Positions 40,717 to 51,252 of a stretch of 64,000 nt of DNA are shown piece after piece. Below the pieces are notes generated by a model that was given only the letters and a program-made list of their open reading frames with translations, searched no databases and was not told the origin of the DNA. Origin of the DNA: Candidatus Thalassarchaeaceae archaeon (GTDB lineage Archaea; Thermoplasmatota; Poseidoniia; Poseidoniales; Thalassarchaeaceae); NCBI GenBank assembly GCA_023700245.1, contig JAJPRE010000002.1:34363-98362 (forward strand), written 5' to 3'. Position 1 is the first letter of the stretch; each line of letters starts with the position of its first letter. A program made the position numbers and the translations under genes.

Positions 40717-42165
40717 CTATGCTGAATGAATTGCATGACCGAGAGTTTTCATAACACTTTCATGGAATGATTCCGTCATTGTTGGATGTGCATGGACCGT
40801 ATCTGCAATATCTTCCAATAATGCACCCATCTCTAAAGCTAAAATAAATTCCCCACTTAATTCTGCTACGTGACTCCCTACGGCTTGAATTCCTAGTATC
40901 ACATGATCCTCTTTTCTCGCTACTACTCGTACAAAGCCTCCAGTTTTTTCCGCCTCAAGAGTCAATGCTCTTCCATTGGCGGCTAAGGGGAATTTGCCTA
41001 TTATTACATTTTCGCCTCTATTTTTGGCTTGTTCTGGATCCAGTCCCACAGAAACAATTTCAGGTTCTGTAAAAACTATTGCTGGAATGGCAATTTTATC
41101 GAATGCTCTATTTTTTCCAGCAATAATTTCTGCCACCATTTCTCCTTGTGCACTTGCTTTATGCGCCAACATTGGTTCTCCTGCTACATCTCCAATTGCA
41201 TAAACTCCAGGGGCGGAGGTCCGGCATTGTCTATCAATCCTGATGAAATTTCCAGATGTATCCATTCTAATTCCCATATTTTCTATTCCCCAACCTTTTG
41301 AATTAGGCCTTCTACCTACTGTGACCAATATTTTATCTACTTTTAATGTATAATTCTTATCATTTTTATCAAAATTAAGATTTACTTTTCTCGATGCCCC
41401 CTTTCCTTTTATTTCTGCACCCCTTGCTAACGCATTAGTATGAATTGTGACTTTATGCCTTTTAAGCCATATTTCCAATGGGCGTCGAATTTCTTTATCC
41501 ATAATTGACAGTATATTATCCATTCCTTCTACTATTGTTACTTCCGAACCCAATTTAGTTAATGCACAACCTAATTCTAATCCTATATATCCTCCTCCAA
41601 CGATTGCAACACTCTTCGGTAGTTTATTCAAACTTAGTGCACCACTCGAAGAGAGTATGAATTCTTCATCACATGGCATAAATGGTAGGTCTATGTGGCT
41701 TGATCCAGTTGCAATGATAATATTTTCTGCTTCTATGGTAATTTCACCATCTTCCGTATCGACTATGCATCTCTTTGCTTCAGTAAATTTTGCCCAACCT
41801 TTGATTACTTCCACTCCTGCATTCTTGAGCAGAGCATCGACTCCATTGGTTAATTTATTTACTATGGCATCTTTCCAATTTGTTAATTCAGCCATATCTA
41901 ATTTTGCAGTTCCTTCTACTGTTAATCCCATATGACCTTCTTTTACACTATGTTTTTGAAGTGACTCAAATCTTTCTGCAGCATGAATTATTGCCTTACT
42001 TGGTATGCAACCGACATTTAAACAAACACCTCCTGCCCTATTTCCCTCAATTATTATGGTATCTAGGCCCAATTGACCTGCTCTAATTCCTGCAACATAT
42101 CCTCCAGGGCCCGCTCCAATTATTAGGACTTTACATTTACGAATTTCCGCCATATTATCCCTCAT
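40717..42165 (-). CDS. lpdA: Dihydrolipoyl dehydrogenase (E3)
   Basis: GAGPGGYVAGIRAGQLG (FAD), redox-active GGVCLNVGCIPSK, and the C-terminal His-Pro-Glu region HAHPTMTE. Confidence 0.92.
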   Translation of the reverse strand: MRDNMAEIRKCKVLIIGAGPGGYVAGIRAGQLGLDTIIIEGNRAGGVCLNVGCIPSKAIIHAAERFESLQKHSVKEGHMGLTVEGTAKLDMAELTNWKDAIVNKLTNGVDALLKNAGVEVIKGWAKFTEAKRCIVDTEDGEITIEAENIIIATGSSHIDLPFMPCDEEFILSSSGALSLNKLPKSVAIVGGGYIGLELGCALTKLGSEVTIVEGMDNILSIMDKEIRRPLEIWLKRHKVTIHTNALARGAEIKGKGASRKVNLNFDKNDKNYTLKVDKILVTVGRRPNSKGWGIENMGIRMDTSGNFIRIDRQCRTSAPGVYAIGDVAGEPMLAHKASAQGEMVAEIIAGKNRAFDKIAIPAIVFTEPEIVSVGLDPEQAKNRGENVIIGKFPLAANGRALTLEAEKTGGFVRVVARKEDHVILGIQAVGSHVAELSGEFILALEMGALLEDIADTVHAHPTMTESFHESVMKTLGHAIHSA

Positions 42166-43487
42166 ATAAATATTAAAGCAGGATTTTCTAACATTCTCTT
42201 CAAATGTTGAATCAATGATGCGCCATCTGCTCCATCTACAACTCTGTGATCAAATGAACTAGAAACATTCATGATTCTTCTGATAATTATCTGCCCATTC
42301 ATAACTACTGGCATTTCTCTTGCTTTATGGACTCCTAATATTGCTACTTCTGGATGATTAATTATCGGAGTAGCACCTAAACCTCCATCTCTTCCTAAAC
42401 TAGTGATAGTAAAGGTTGATCCTCCTAACTCGTCTAAGCTAGCAGTTCCTTTTCGGGCAGCTCCAGATACTCTTTGCATTTCCGATGCAGTGGTCCAAAT
42501 ATCCATGGTTTCAACATTTTTCACAACTGGCACATATAAACCTCTGTCTGTTTGGGTTGCAATTCCTAAATTTATTCCACTATGCCTACTTACAATATTT
42601 ACATTATCATCGAATATTGCATTACATTCTGGATGATCTGGCATTATTTTAGATAACGCCATCATTATGAATGGTAAGTATGTTAATTTAGGTTGAGTAT
42701 CATCTCTGGAGTGATTTAAATTATTTCTTAATTCTTCTAATTGAGTTACATCAATTTCTTCAAAATATGAAAAATGAGGTATCGTTCTTTTACTAATTAC
42801 CATTTGTTCAGCAATCTTCCGTCTTAATCCTACAATTTTGACTTCAGTTATTGCTTCTCTTTTAGTATTATGATTATTATTAATGAAGCCAGATGTTACT
42901 CCTTTAGTAGCGATATTTACATCTAAATCTGCATGCCTTATTCTTCCAGCGGGGCCGGATCCAATGATATTTACTAAATTTATCCCTGCCTCTCTTGCCC
43001 TCCGTCTCACTGCCGGACTTGCCAAAATTCTCTCATTATATCTCACATCATTTGGAATTTCAGATTCTACTGAATTTACTCTTGCTGGTGATATAGTCTC
43101 AGTTTTAGGTAAAACTTCAGGTTCCGGTAAAACTTCAGGTTCCGGTAAAACTTCAGGTTCCGATTCATCCGTAGGTCCTGTTGTGGAATCTCCCTCCAAA
43201 TTTTCATCAGAATTTTCTGAATCAAAACTTATCAACGTAGTTCCAACTGGCACCATATCTCCAATGTCTCCACTCAATGATAATACTGTTCCATCCACTG
43301 GAGATGGTATAGTAACAGTTGCTTTATCTGTCATGATATCTACAACTGGATCATCTTCCTTTACTGCATCTCCAATTGATACATGCCACTCAACTATTTC
43401 TCCTTCAACTACTCCTTCTCCTATATCGGGAAGTTTAAATTCATATTTCGCCATATCATTCCTCCTGTGTTTTTTTAATCGCGTCAA
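42162..43487 (-). CDS. Dihydrolipoamide acyltransferase (E2)
   Basis: Lipoyl domain with TDKATV, a PE-rich linker, a peripheral subunit-binding domain (ASPAVRRRAREAGINL) and the catalytic domain DHRVVDGA. Confidence 0.9.
   Translation of the reverse strand: MTRLKKHRRNDMAKYEFKLPDIGEGVVEGEIVEWHVSIGDAVKEDDPVVDIMTDKATVTIPSPVDGTVLSLSGDIGDMVPVGTTLISFDSENSDENLEGDSTTGPTDESEPEVLPEPEVLPEPEVLPKTETISPARVNSVESEIPNDVRYNERILASPAVRRRAREAGINLVNIIGSGPAGRIRHADLDVNIATKGVTSGFINNNHNTKREAITEVKIVGLRRKIAEQMVISKRTIPHFSYFEEIDVTQLEELRNNLNHSRDDTQPKLTYLPFIMMALSKIMPDHPECNAIFDDNVNIVSRHSGINLGIATQTDRGLYVPVVKNVETMDIWTTASEMQRVSGAARKGTASLDELGGSTFTITSLGRDGGLGATPIINHPEVAILGVHKAREMPVVMNGQIIIRRIMNVSSSFDHRVVDGADGASLIQHLKRMLENPALIFI
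43108..43161 (-). repeat. 3 x 18-bp perfect tandem repeat encoding the (PEPEVL)n linker of E2
   Basis: ggtaaaacttcaggttcc occurs three times in tandem, read directly from the sequence. On the minus strand it encodes PEPEVLPEPEVLPEPEVLP. Confidence 0.85.
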
Positions 43488-44466
43488 TTATTCGTGCCGG
43501 ACTAGGCATATAATCCCACTCTGTAGTATGAGGGAAAGGGGTATCCCACCCTGCTACTCTTTCTATGGGGCTTTCCAAATTGTAAAAACATCTTTCTTGT
43601 ATTGATGCCGATATTTCAGACCCAAAACCACTGGTCTTAGGGGCTTCATGAACTATGACGCATCTGCCGGTTTTCTTTACAGAATTTACTATAGTTTCCT
43701 TATCCCATGGAATAAGGGTCTGTAGATCTATCAATTCACAACTAATTCCTGAATCTTTAATTGCCTTTTCTGCTACATGCACCATCGTCCCCCATGCTAT
43801 TACGGTACAATCAGTCCCTTCTTTTGCAATTCTAGCCTGACCCAGTGGAATCTTATAGTGCGTCTCAGGAACTTCGGCTTCCGAGTGTCCTTTCCACGTA
43901 GGTACATTATGGGGGTCGCCATAAAATGGCCCCCGATAGCATCGTTTTGGTTCAAAAAATATTACTGGGTCATTGGATTCAATGGCGCTAATTAATAATC
44001 CTTTTGAGTTATATGGCGTGGAGCAATAGACTACTTTTAATCCCGGTGTATGAGTAAACTGTGATTCCGGTGACTGAGAGTGGTGATGTCCTCCTCTAAT
44101 CCCTCCACCTGCTGGTGTGCGAAATGTAACTGGGCACCAAAATTCTCCACCCGACCTATGTCTAACTTTTGCTATTTCATTAACTATTTGGTCATAAGCA
44201 GGGAATATATAATCTGCAAACTGAATTTCTACTACTGGCCTTAATCCATTTATCCCCATTCCAAATGCTGTTGCAGCTATGCCTCCCTCTGATAATGGTG
44301 AATCAAAAACTCTATGTTTCCCAAATTTACTTTGCAACCCATCACTTGTTCTAAAAACGCCACCAAAATATCCTATGTCTTCGCCAAATAAAATCACATC
44401 TGAATCTTTTTCTAGCATATTACTAAGTGCGCTATTAACTGATTGTACCATGTTCATTTCAACCAA
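43456..44466 (-). CDS. 2-oxoacid dehydrogenase E1 beta subunit
   Basis: Transketolase-like pyrimidine-binding and C-terminal domains (FGEDIGYFGGVFRTSDGL, SPLSEGGIAATAFGMGINGLRPVVEIQFADY). Confidence 0.9.
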   Translation of the reverse strand: MVEMNMVQSVNSALSNMLEKDSDVILFGEDIGYFGGVFRTSDGLQSKFGKHRVFDSPLSEGGIAATAFGMGINGLRPVVEIQFADYIFPAYDQIVNEIAKVRHRSGGEFWCPVTFRTPAGGGIRGGHHHSQSPESQFTHTPGLKVVYCSTPYNSKGLLISAIESNDPVIFFEPKRCYRGPFYGDPHNVPTWKGHSEAEVPETHYKIPLGQARIAKEGTDCTVIAWGTMVHVAEKAIKDSGISCELIDLQTLIPWDKETIVNSVKKTGRCVIVHEAPKTSGFGSEISASIQERCFYNLESPIERVAGWDTPFPHTTEWDYMPSPARIIDAIKKTQEE

Positions 44467-45711
44467 CTATTCCACCTTCCATTTATTCATTTCATCCCAT
44501 TGTTCTTGCAAGTGCCATGGTACACTTTCATAAACTTCTGTAAAGATTGTATCTGATGATGGATATGGGCCATTAGCCAAATCTCCATGTTTAACGGCTT
44601 CTTTGTATGCTAAAATGACTTCTGCATCTATCTCATTCTCTAATTGTAAATGCTTTTTATCTGTCCAATCATAATTTTTTATTAGGTGTAATTTTAATCT
44701 TTCTATTGGATCTCCACCGGGCCAAAATTCATGTTCATTTGAGGGGCGATATCTAGACGGGTCATCACTACTACTATGCGCCCCAGCCCTATATGTCAAA
44801 ATTTCAATGTGTGTTGCACCTAATCCGATTTTGGCTCGTTCTCTGGCCCACTTAGTAACCGAATATAATGCCAAAAAGTCATTTCCATCTACTCTGAAGC
44901 AGGGTATCTCATATGCAAGTCCTCTACTAGCAAAATTTGTTGAGCCACTCGCCATATTATAGTGAGTAGAAATCGCCCAATGATTATTTACTACATTTAA
45001 GATAACTGGTGCTTTATAGACACTAGCAAAATTAAGTCCGTAGTGATAATCGCCTTCTGCAGAAGCACCATCGCCAATCCAAGTAATAGTAACTTCATTC
45101 AATTGTTTATATTTTGATGCAAGAGCTACTCCAACTGCCTGACTAAATTGAGTACCTACTGGGCTAGAAATTGAAATAAATCTACCCTTTTTGTAAGTAT
45201 AATGAACTGGCATCTGCCTACCCTTTACATTATCTTCAACATTACCAATACAATGGCATATCATGCTAACCATACTTCTACCTCTAACAAATTGAGCACC
45301 TGGCTGCCTGTAAGTTGGAAATATCCAGTCTTGCTCCTCTAACGCCATAGTTTGTGCTATTGCTATACATTCTTCCCCCAATGATTGCATGTAAAAAGAT
45401 AATTTTCCAGTTCTCTGCATTTTCATCATTCTATCGTCAAAAATACGTAATCTCACCATATGTTTTAATCCTTGTAATATTTCTTTGTAATCCAGATTTG
45501 GATCCCAATCTCCATATGCCATTCCTTCGTCATCTATTACTCGAACTAGCCCTCTGGCATGGGCAGATGTTTCTTCTGATTCACAGTCAATTGGGGGTTT
45601 TTTCAGATCTCCAGGAGTCCATTTCCATTTATCAAAAACTGGATTATCTCCAGGTCTAAATGGGGCATCAGGAATATGAATGGTGATATTTCCTTCCTCC
45701 TCGCTTGACAT
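44467..45711 (-). CDS. 2-oxoacid dehydrogenase E1 alpha subunit (TPP-binding)
   Basis: GDGASAEGDYH TPP motif and the phosphorylation-loop-like YRAGAHSSSDDPSRYR. Confidence 0.9.
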   Translation of the reverse strand: MSSEEEGNITIHIPDAPFRPGDNPVFDKWKWTPGDLKKPPIDCESEETSAHARGLVRVIDDEGMAYGDWDPNLDYKEILQGLKHMVRLRIFDDRMMKMQRTGKLSFYMQSLGEECIAIAQTMALEEQDWIFPTYRQPGAQFVRGRSMVSMICHCIGNVEDNVKGRQMPVHYTYKKGRFISISSPVGTQFSQAVGVALASKYKQLNEVTITWIGDGASAEGDYHYGLNFASVYKAPVILNVVNNHWAISTHYNMASGSTNFASRGLAYEIPCFRVDGNDFLALYSVTKWARERAKIGLGATHIEILTYRAGAHSSSDDPSRYRPSNEHEFWPGGDPIERLKLHLIKNYDWTDKKHLQLENEIDAEVILAYKEAVKHGDLANGPYPSSDTIFTEVYESVPWHLQEQWDEMNKWKVE

Positions 45712-45754
45712 ATACTAACCCCAGCCTCTTAGTTATAATATATTCTTTGGAAAA

Positions 45755-46882
45755 CTAATTTCCAAATTGACCCTCATAAAGAACATTACTTATTGCTGAT
45801 CCGTTTTTATCCAAAGTTGATACGCGTCCTCTTCCTTCCGATTCTTCCCATTGTAAACCTGCCCTGTAGGAAGATCTTACTAATGGGCCACTCGCAACAG
45901 CAGAAAAACCCATTTTTCTCGCTTCATAATCATATTTTGCAAATTGACTAGGGTTAGGAAATCGGGATACAGGTAGATGTTTGATACTAGGCTGAAGATA
46001 CTGCCCAAGAGTAATCATATCTACTCCAATATTTCTTAATTCCTTCATTGCTTCGATAACTTCATCATCATTCTCGCCCAATCCAACCATTATACTCGTT
46101 TTGATTTTAATATCAGGTCGTAATTTTCTTGCCTCAGAAAGTATTTTTAGTGATTGTGAAAAAGATGCTCGAGGATCTCTAACTTTGGAATCTAGGCGTC
46201 GTACGCACTCTACATTATGAGCAAAAACTTTGATCGGCAATTCATCTAATAACATATTTAATGCCTTTAAATTACCATCTAAGTCAGAACATAAAAGTTC
46301 CAATCCTACATTCGGAGTAGTATTTTTTACTGAAATTATGCAGTCTCTGTAGTGATTTGCACCTCCATCTTCTAAATCATCTCTATTGACAACAGTGATA
46401 ACTGCATAATCTAGATCCATTCTTCTAATGGCATCTGCCAATTCTCGTGGTTCGTCTTTATTTAATTTTTCAGGATTTTTTACTGTGCCAACTGCACAAA
46501 ATTTACATCCTCTAGTACAAACTTCTCCAGCCACCATAAATGTGGCAGTACCTCTGCCCCAACAATCATGAATATTAGGGCATCTAGCTTCCTCACAAAC
46601 TGTATTCAAACCATGCTCACGAACATTATTTCTAGCCTCATTAAATCTTTCTTGAGCCTTCCCTACAGGTAATGAGGTCTTGAACCATTCAGGAAGTCTT
46701 TTTCTATTCATTTTCCTTCTTTCTAATGCAGTAAGATTAGATTTATCTAGGACTAATATGTCTTCTGATGTTTGCGACTCAATTGTTGGTAGTCGCGGCA
46801 CCATTGTTGTGTCGAGTAGACGTTGAAAGTTAACCATTATCATATCTATTCTATGAATTAAACTAAAAGTAGTAAAAAGCAA
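45755..46882 (-). CDS. lipA: Lipoyl synthase
   Basis: Two Cys clusters: CEEARCPNIHDCW (auxiliary) and radical-SAM CTRGCKFC. The start is probably an internal Met (MVPRLP). Confidence 0.9.
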   Translation of the reverse strand: MLFTTFSLIHRIDMIMVNFQRLLDTTMVPRLPTIESQTSEDILVLDKSNLTALERRKMNRKRLPEWFKTSLPVGKAQERFNEARNNVREHGLNTVCEEARCPNIHDCWGRGTATFMVAGEVCTRGCKFCAVGTVKNPEKLNKDEPRELADAIRRMDLDYAVITVVNRDDLEDGGANHYRDCIISVKNTTPNVGLELLCSDLDGNLKALNMLLDELPIKVFAHNVECVRRLDSKVRDPRASFSQSLKILSEARKLRPDIKIKTSIMVGLGENDDEVIEAMKELRNIGVDMITLGQYLQPSIKHLPVSRFPNPSQFAKYDYEARKMGFSAVASGPLVRSSYRAGLQWEESEGRGRVSTLDKNGSAISNVLYEGQFGN

Positions 46883-46899
46883 CTGATACTCGGTAAACT

Positions 46900-47661
46900 A
46901 TGGAAAGAGGTACAGTATTAATTACGGGGGCATCAAAAAGAATTGGCAGGGCCATTTCCTTAATGCTTGCATCCGAAGGATATTCAATCGCAATTCATTA
47001 CAATAATTCACATCAAGCAGCACTTGAATTATCAAATAAGATAAAATTTGAAGGAGGTAATTCTGAAATTTTTCATGCCGATCTTTCGAATTCAGACTCT
47101 GCATCAAATCTAATTAATGATGTTAAATCTAGACTTGGTACAATTTCCGGGTTAGTTAATAATGCATCTATGTTTATTTATGATGATATCTCAAATTTAA
47201 CCTCAAATTTATGGGATTCGCATATGAATATTAATGCCAAAGCGCCTGCTTTACTCATTAAAGAACTATCAAAAGCAACTCAAAATGATAAAAGAGCATC
47301 GGTCGTAAACATCCTCGATCAGAAGATTGCTAACCCATCTGCGGACCACATATCATATACTGCATCTAGATATGCATTATTGGGGTTAACTGATGCTCTT
47401 GCTCGTGGCCTAGCCCCTAATATAAGAATCAATGCAGTAGCTCCTGGGCATACGATGCCTAGTGATGATCAATCTACAATTGGCTTTAATAAAGCTCAAA
47501 ATGAGTCTCCTTTAGGTTTTGGGCCAAGCCCAAATGATATAGCTGATGCAGTATCATTTTTAATAAATGCAAGGGCAATAACTGGTCAAATTATCTACGT
47601 GGATTGTGGAGAAAGATTCTTGTCAAGGAAGCGAGATGTTCTATTTGAAACGGAGGATTAA
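46900..47661 (+). CDS. SDR-family reductase, pteridine reductase / FolM-like
   Basis: TGASKRIGRAIS cofactor motif and the catalytic YTASRYAL (YxxxK-like; here Y...R). It is co-located with folB. Confidence 0.65.
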   Translation: MERGTVLITGASKRIGRAISLMLASEGYSIAIHYNNSHQAALELSNKIKFEGGNSEIFHADLSNSDSASNLINDVKSRLGTISGLVNNASMFIYDDISNLTSNLWDSHMNINAKAPALLIKELSKATQNDKRASVVNILDQKIANPSADHISYTASRYALLGLTDALARGLAPNIRINAVAPGHTMPSDDQSTIGFNKAQNESPLGFGPSPNDIADAVSFLINARAITGQIIYVDCGERFLSRKRDVLFETED

Positions 47662-47663
47662 TT

Positions 47664-48059
47664 GTGATAAAGAATAAAATATTTACACATAATATTAGCG
47701 ATGATGAATCATATGATATAATTTTCATGGAAGATGTAATAAGAAATATTGATATTGGAATACACGATTATGAAAAAGGTGTTCTTCAGAGAGTGAGCTT
47801 TGACCTATATGTTAAGATATCTATGTCAAATAATATATTTGATGATGATATTAATAATGTTCTTAATTACGAATATCTTATAAAAATATTAGATTCAATA
47901 ATTGATAATAATAGATTTTCTCTTCTTGAGACTTTGGGCAAATGCATTATGGACGAAGTATTGTCTCCTAATCAAGTCCAAGGTGCTACGTTAGTAATAT
48001 CAAAAATAGATATTTTAAAATCTGGAAAAATAGGATATTCCATGTCTAGAAATAAGTAA
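47664..48059 (+). CDS. folB: Dihydroneopterin aldolase-like (FolB)
   Basis: About 130 aa. GIHDYEKGVLQRVSFDLYV and LLETLGKCIMDEV match the FolB E..Q/LlE.la pattern. The 3-nt spacing to the upstream SDR suggests coupling. Confidence 0.6.
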   Translation: MIKNKIFTHNISDDESYDIIFMEDVIRNIDIGIHDYEKGVLQRVSFDLYVKISMSNNIFDDDINNVLNYEYLIKILDSIIDNNRFSLLETLGKCIMDEVLSPNQVQGATLVISKIDILKSGKIGYSMSRNK

Positions 48060-48071
48060 TTATTCATAAAA

Positions 48072-48156
48072 TGGTGCTGGGAGTGGGATTTGAACCCACG
48101 AAGGCCTTGCCACCGGAGCTTAAGTCCGGCCCCTTTGACCGCTCGGGTATCCCAGC
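48072..48156 (-). tRNA. tRNA-Leu (anticodon UAA) with long variable arm and encoded CCA
   Basis: Hand-folded. The acceptor GCTGGGA pairs with TCCCAGC. The anticodon stem is CCGGA/TCCGG with loop CTTAAGC. The T-arm is GTGGG-TTCAAAT-CCCAC. A 15-nt variable arm and discriminator A+CCA complete it. Confidence 0.85.
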
Positions 48157-48272
48157 AGGCTTAGCGCCGAGGCTTCCTGCTTTGAATCGAACTGATAATT
48201 TAATGCAATATTTGATGCATATGTAGTACTATTGTCCCGAACGTTTTAACAATCTGATTATATCGGACAGGT

Positions 48273-51209
48273 ATGGAGAACTATTACACATCAGTTGAAC
48301 GTAACAAAAGTACTCTAATTGCTGTTTTTCTCGCATTATTAATTTTAGCGCCGATTTATATCGCCTCAACCTCTAATTTAGAACTCCATAACAAAGAAAA
48401 CAAGAAATTTGAAAACTCTCAAGATACTAATTTGTATAGATTATATTTTGCGGAAAATGATAATAATGGCTCCTCCGATGGTGATGGACTAATTACGACT
48501 AAAATTCCTGAAGATGGAGGGCAAGCAACTGCTAATGCATTAGATAACACAATTCAATTCTCTACGGCCAAACTTAGGTCCGCCTTGGACTTTACAACAC
48601 GTAGTTTACAAGGTAATAATGATTATTATATCCCATTAAATTTATTCTTAAGGGCCTCGGGACCTAGCGGCTCTACTGTAGATTGGACAGTCACTATGAA
48701 AGCATCTGGCTCCTCGATAGGTTCTGTTACTTTGACTTTCGATGCCTGCAATTCTGGAATAGGTAGTAGTTGTGACGATTTCGATTATGAGGTGTTTGAA
48801 GTAAGTGTTGGATCTAGGGAGCAATTTTCTGTTTCTAAAGATGAAAGATTAGAAATTATCATAGAAGCATCAATGGATAATTGCGATGGTGGAGGTCTTT
48901 TCTCCTCTTGTGAAGCTGAAATTGCATGGAATGAAATTGATGGTGACGGCAATAGATTTTCAAGTATGGAAGTTAATGCCAATGCAATAGCTGATAGTTT
49001 AGTTCTTTTACAAAGAGAAGGGTCTGAATTAGTTGAAGGACCGGAATTAGAATGGTATCCTAATGATATATTTTCTGAGAGGACAATGCAATTTACATTT
49101 GATGTAAAAAGTGCCTTTGGAAGATATGACATTGCCGATGTTCAACTTTTGATGAGGGATCCAAATGGCGTTTATCGTATTGATAAAGAAATCCAAAGTC
49201 AAAATAATGAGGATATTGAAGATACTAGTGCAGGAATATTTGGAAAATATATTTGGACGTATCCGAGTGGCCTCCCATCGGGAGATTACTCAATCGAATT
49301 AGAAGTCTCTGACATTCAAGGTAATACCATTGTTGTTGAGCATGAAACAATAAAAATGTTACAATGGGGGGTAGCAGTAAATCATCGATTTGATAATTAT
49401 ATTGAATTTATAGCACCAGGTGAGACTACACCCATTCCTCTTCAGTTAGTCCACAGAGGGGACTCAACTAAATCTATGCAAGTTGAAATGGAAGTTATTA
49501 CAAATTTAGGAAGCTCATGGCTTGTAGAATTTGACTCTCCTGGTGGTTATACATTAAGCCAAGGGGGTGATGTATTAAATCCAATTCTATCAATTACTGC
49601 ACCTGATGATCTAAGCACTACGCCGGGCAAGATAAAAATAAGGGCGATTGCAGAAGCAACAGTGGAAGGAGTTCTAACAGTTGTCCATCAAGACACTCTT
49701 GAATTGGATTTGGAAAAAATCGATGTTTACCAACCTCCTGAAATTTCCCTTTGGTCTGAAGAACATGATGTTGCAATAGCAAATTCAACCAGAGGCGATG
49801 CAATTGATCAAGATATACCAAGATATGTGGAATATGGTGAATTTAATCCATTCTTGTTGGAGATTTTTAATACTGGTTTTGATGCAGACTCATTTAGAAT
49901 AGATATTCTAAAACGTTCGAAAGCCATTTTTCAACTATTCGATAATGATACGGGAGAACGGATACTAGAGGATGAAGGGGATGGAACCTTTCACATATCA
50001 TTATTGGAAAGGCACTCTACTCAAATTCTAAAATTTAGTGTAAAACCCTCTGACGATAGGGAAGATTCAGATATTGGGCAGATAGAATTGGAAATAATCA
50101 GTGAAGGCAATGCGTCGTTGAGATCTACTATAGTTTTCACTATTCAGAGAACATTTGGCATAAGGGCTGAAATCTCACAAGATTGCGACGGAACTCCCTT
50201 GGGGCACATCGAAGTTTCCTTATGCGCACCAGATATGGATAAACCAACTGTGGATTTAAGGGCCAGAATTCTTAATACTATGGAAAATGATCAACCATCT
50301 ACTCTTTGGAGAATTCAAAATCCAGCATCATTAAATAAAAATTTAGATTTAAATCCACTTTATGGCCAGTGGCAATTTACAATCAAAGATAAAGATGGCA
50401 ACTCTGTCCCGAGAATCACTCTTGGACCTAATGATTATACTGAAGTATTTGTAACGATAACATTGACAAATCAGGTAGAAGTAGGTAATCATACTGTTTA
50501 TCTCAGAATAATAGAGGATACTGAGGATGAAAATCCTCGTTATTTTGATTTGCCTATGACGTTTGAGGTTGAAGCTTCAGATCCAAATCTTGAGATAGTC
50601 CAAGTATCGCCCGTATCTCGTTTTATACCTGGGGAATCATATTCGATTCAGATGAAGGTCAGAAATAGGGCCAATACTCCAATGACTGTATTATTAAATT
50701 CTGAAATCGAAGCCACTGGTTGGATTGTCTCAATAGAAGGCAAATCTGGATCTCCACTCATGGAACTAGGGGCTTTCGAAGAAGAGACTTTTACAATTGA
50801 TATAACGGTCCCTATTAACTCCAATAATGGCGATAATATACCAATCATAATTTCTGCATCTCCTCTTGATACTCAGCAAAGTTTTTCTGATGATTATACA
50901 GCTAAATTTACTCTAGATGCAGTTATTGAAATTTCTTCAGTAACTGAAATAATACTAAATGAATTGACTCATCCGAGATTATCAACTATGATTTTAGGTC
51001 TAGTCGGAGTTTTACTATTATTCGCAGGTGTTCAAAGCCGTATGAACAAAAGAAAATGGGCTGCTCAAATGGCATACTTGGAGATGATATCCGCTACAGA
51101 AAATAATAATGCTGAAGTGGATCAAATTCCCGAAATTCCAGAACCAGTTTTGGAGATAATTGATAACTCGGTAGATAGATATGAGGAAGAAGACATCGAA
51201 CTTGTGTAA
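48273..51209 (+). CDS. Large (978 aa) type-I membrane surface protein, beta-sandwich repeat ectodomain
   Basis: N-terminal signal anchor (LIAVFLALLILAPIYIAS), about 900 aa of Cys-poor, N-x-S/T-rich repeats, a C-terminal TM (MILGLVGVLLLFAGV) plus RMNKRK, and a short acidic tail. Confidence 0.6.
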   Translation: MENYYTSVERNKSTLIAVFLALLILAPIYIASTSNLELHNKENKKFENSQDTNLYRLYFAENDNNGSSDGDGLITTKIPEDGGQATANALDNTIQFSTAKLRSALDFTTRSLQGNNDYYIPLNLFLRASGPSGSTVDWTVTMKASGSSIGSVTLTFDACNSGIGSSCDDFDYEVFEVSVGSREQFSVSKDERLEIIIEASMDNCDGGGLFSSCEAEIAWNEIDGDGNRFSSMEVNANAIADSLVLLQREGSELVEGPELEWYPNDIFSERTMQFTFDVKSAFGRYDIADVQLLMRDPNGVYRIDKEIQSQNNEDIEDTSAGIFGKYIWTYPSGLPSGDYSIELEVSDIQGNTIVVEHETIKMLQWGVAVNHRFDNYIEFIAPGETTPIPLQLVHRGDSTKSMQVEMEVITNLGSSWLVEFDSPGGYTLSQGGDVLNPILSITAPDDLSTTPGKIKIRAIAEATVEGVLTVVHQDTLELDLEKIDVYQPPEISLWSEEHDVAIANSTRGDAIDQDIPRYVEYGEFNPFLLEIFNTGFDADSFRIDILKRSKAIFQLFDNDTGERILEDEGDGTFHISLLERHSTQILKFSVKPSDDREDSDIGQIELEIISEGNASLRSTIVFTIQRTFGIRAEISQDCDGTPLGHIEVSLCAPDMDKPTVDLRARILNTMENDQPSTLWRIQNPASLNKNLDLNPLYGQWQFTIKDKDGNSVPRITLGPNDYTEVFVTITLTNQVEVGNHTVYLRIIEDTEDENPRYFDLPMTFEVEASDPNLEIVQVSPVSRFIPGESYSIQMKVRNRANTPMTVLLNSEIEATGWIVSIEGKSGSPLMELGAFEEETFTIDITVPINSNNGDNIPIIISASPLDTQQSFSDDYTAKFTLDAVIEISSVTEIILNELTHPRLSTMILGLVGVLLLFAGVQSRMNKRKWAAQMAYLEMISATENNNAEVDQIPEIPEPVLEIIDNSVDRYEEEDIELV

Positions 51210-51252
51210 AAAATCACCAACTGTCCGAACGACGCTCCATTCTTCTTAAAAC

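Noticed and set aside
42883-43605. 240-aa plus-strand ORF with GSGKTS repeats that resemble Walker-like motifs
   Set aside because: It is antisense to E2. The GSGKTS repeats are just the reverse-complement reading of the PEPEVL linker tandem repeat.
48157-48272. Possible C/D-box sRNA near the tRNA (ttgatgc / ctga)
   Set aside because: The box order and spacing do not fit C...D'...C'...D, and there are no terminal stem or guide-like segments. It is more likely the tRNA promoter or leader.
48273-51209. The 978-aa protein as the DUF58 partner of a TgpA-like operon
   Set aside because: It has no cytoplasmic vWA-like region and only about 55 aa after its C-terminal TM. There is no MoxR ATPase anywhere in the window.
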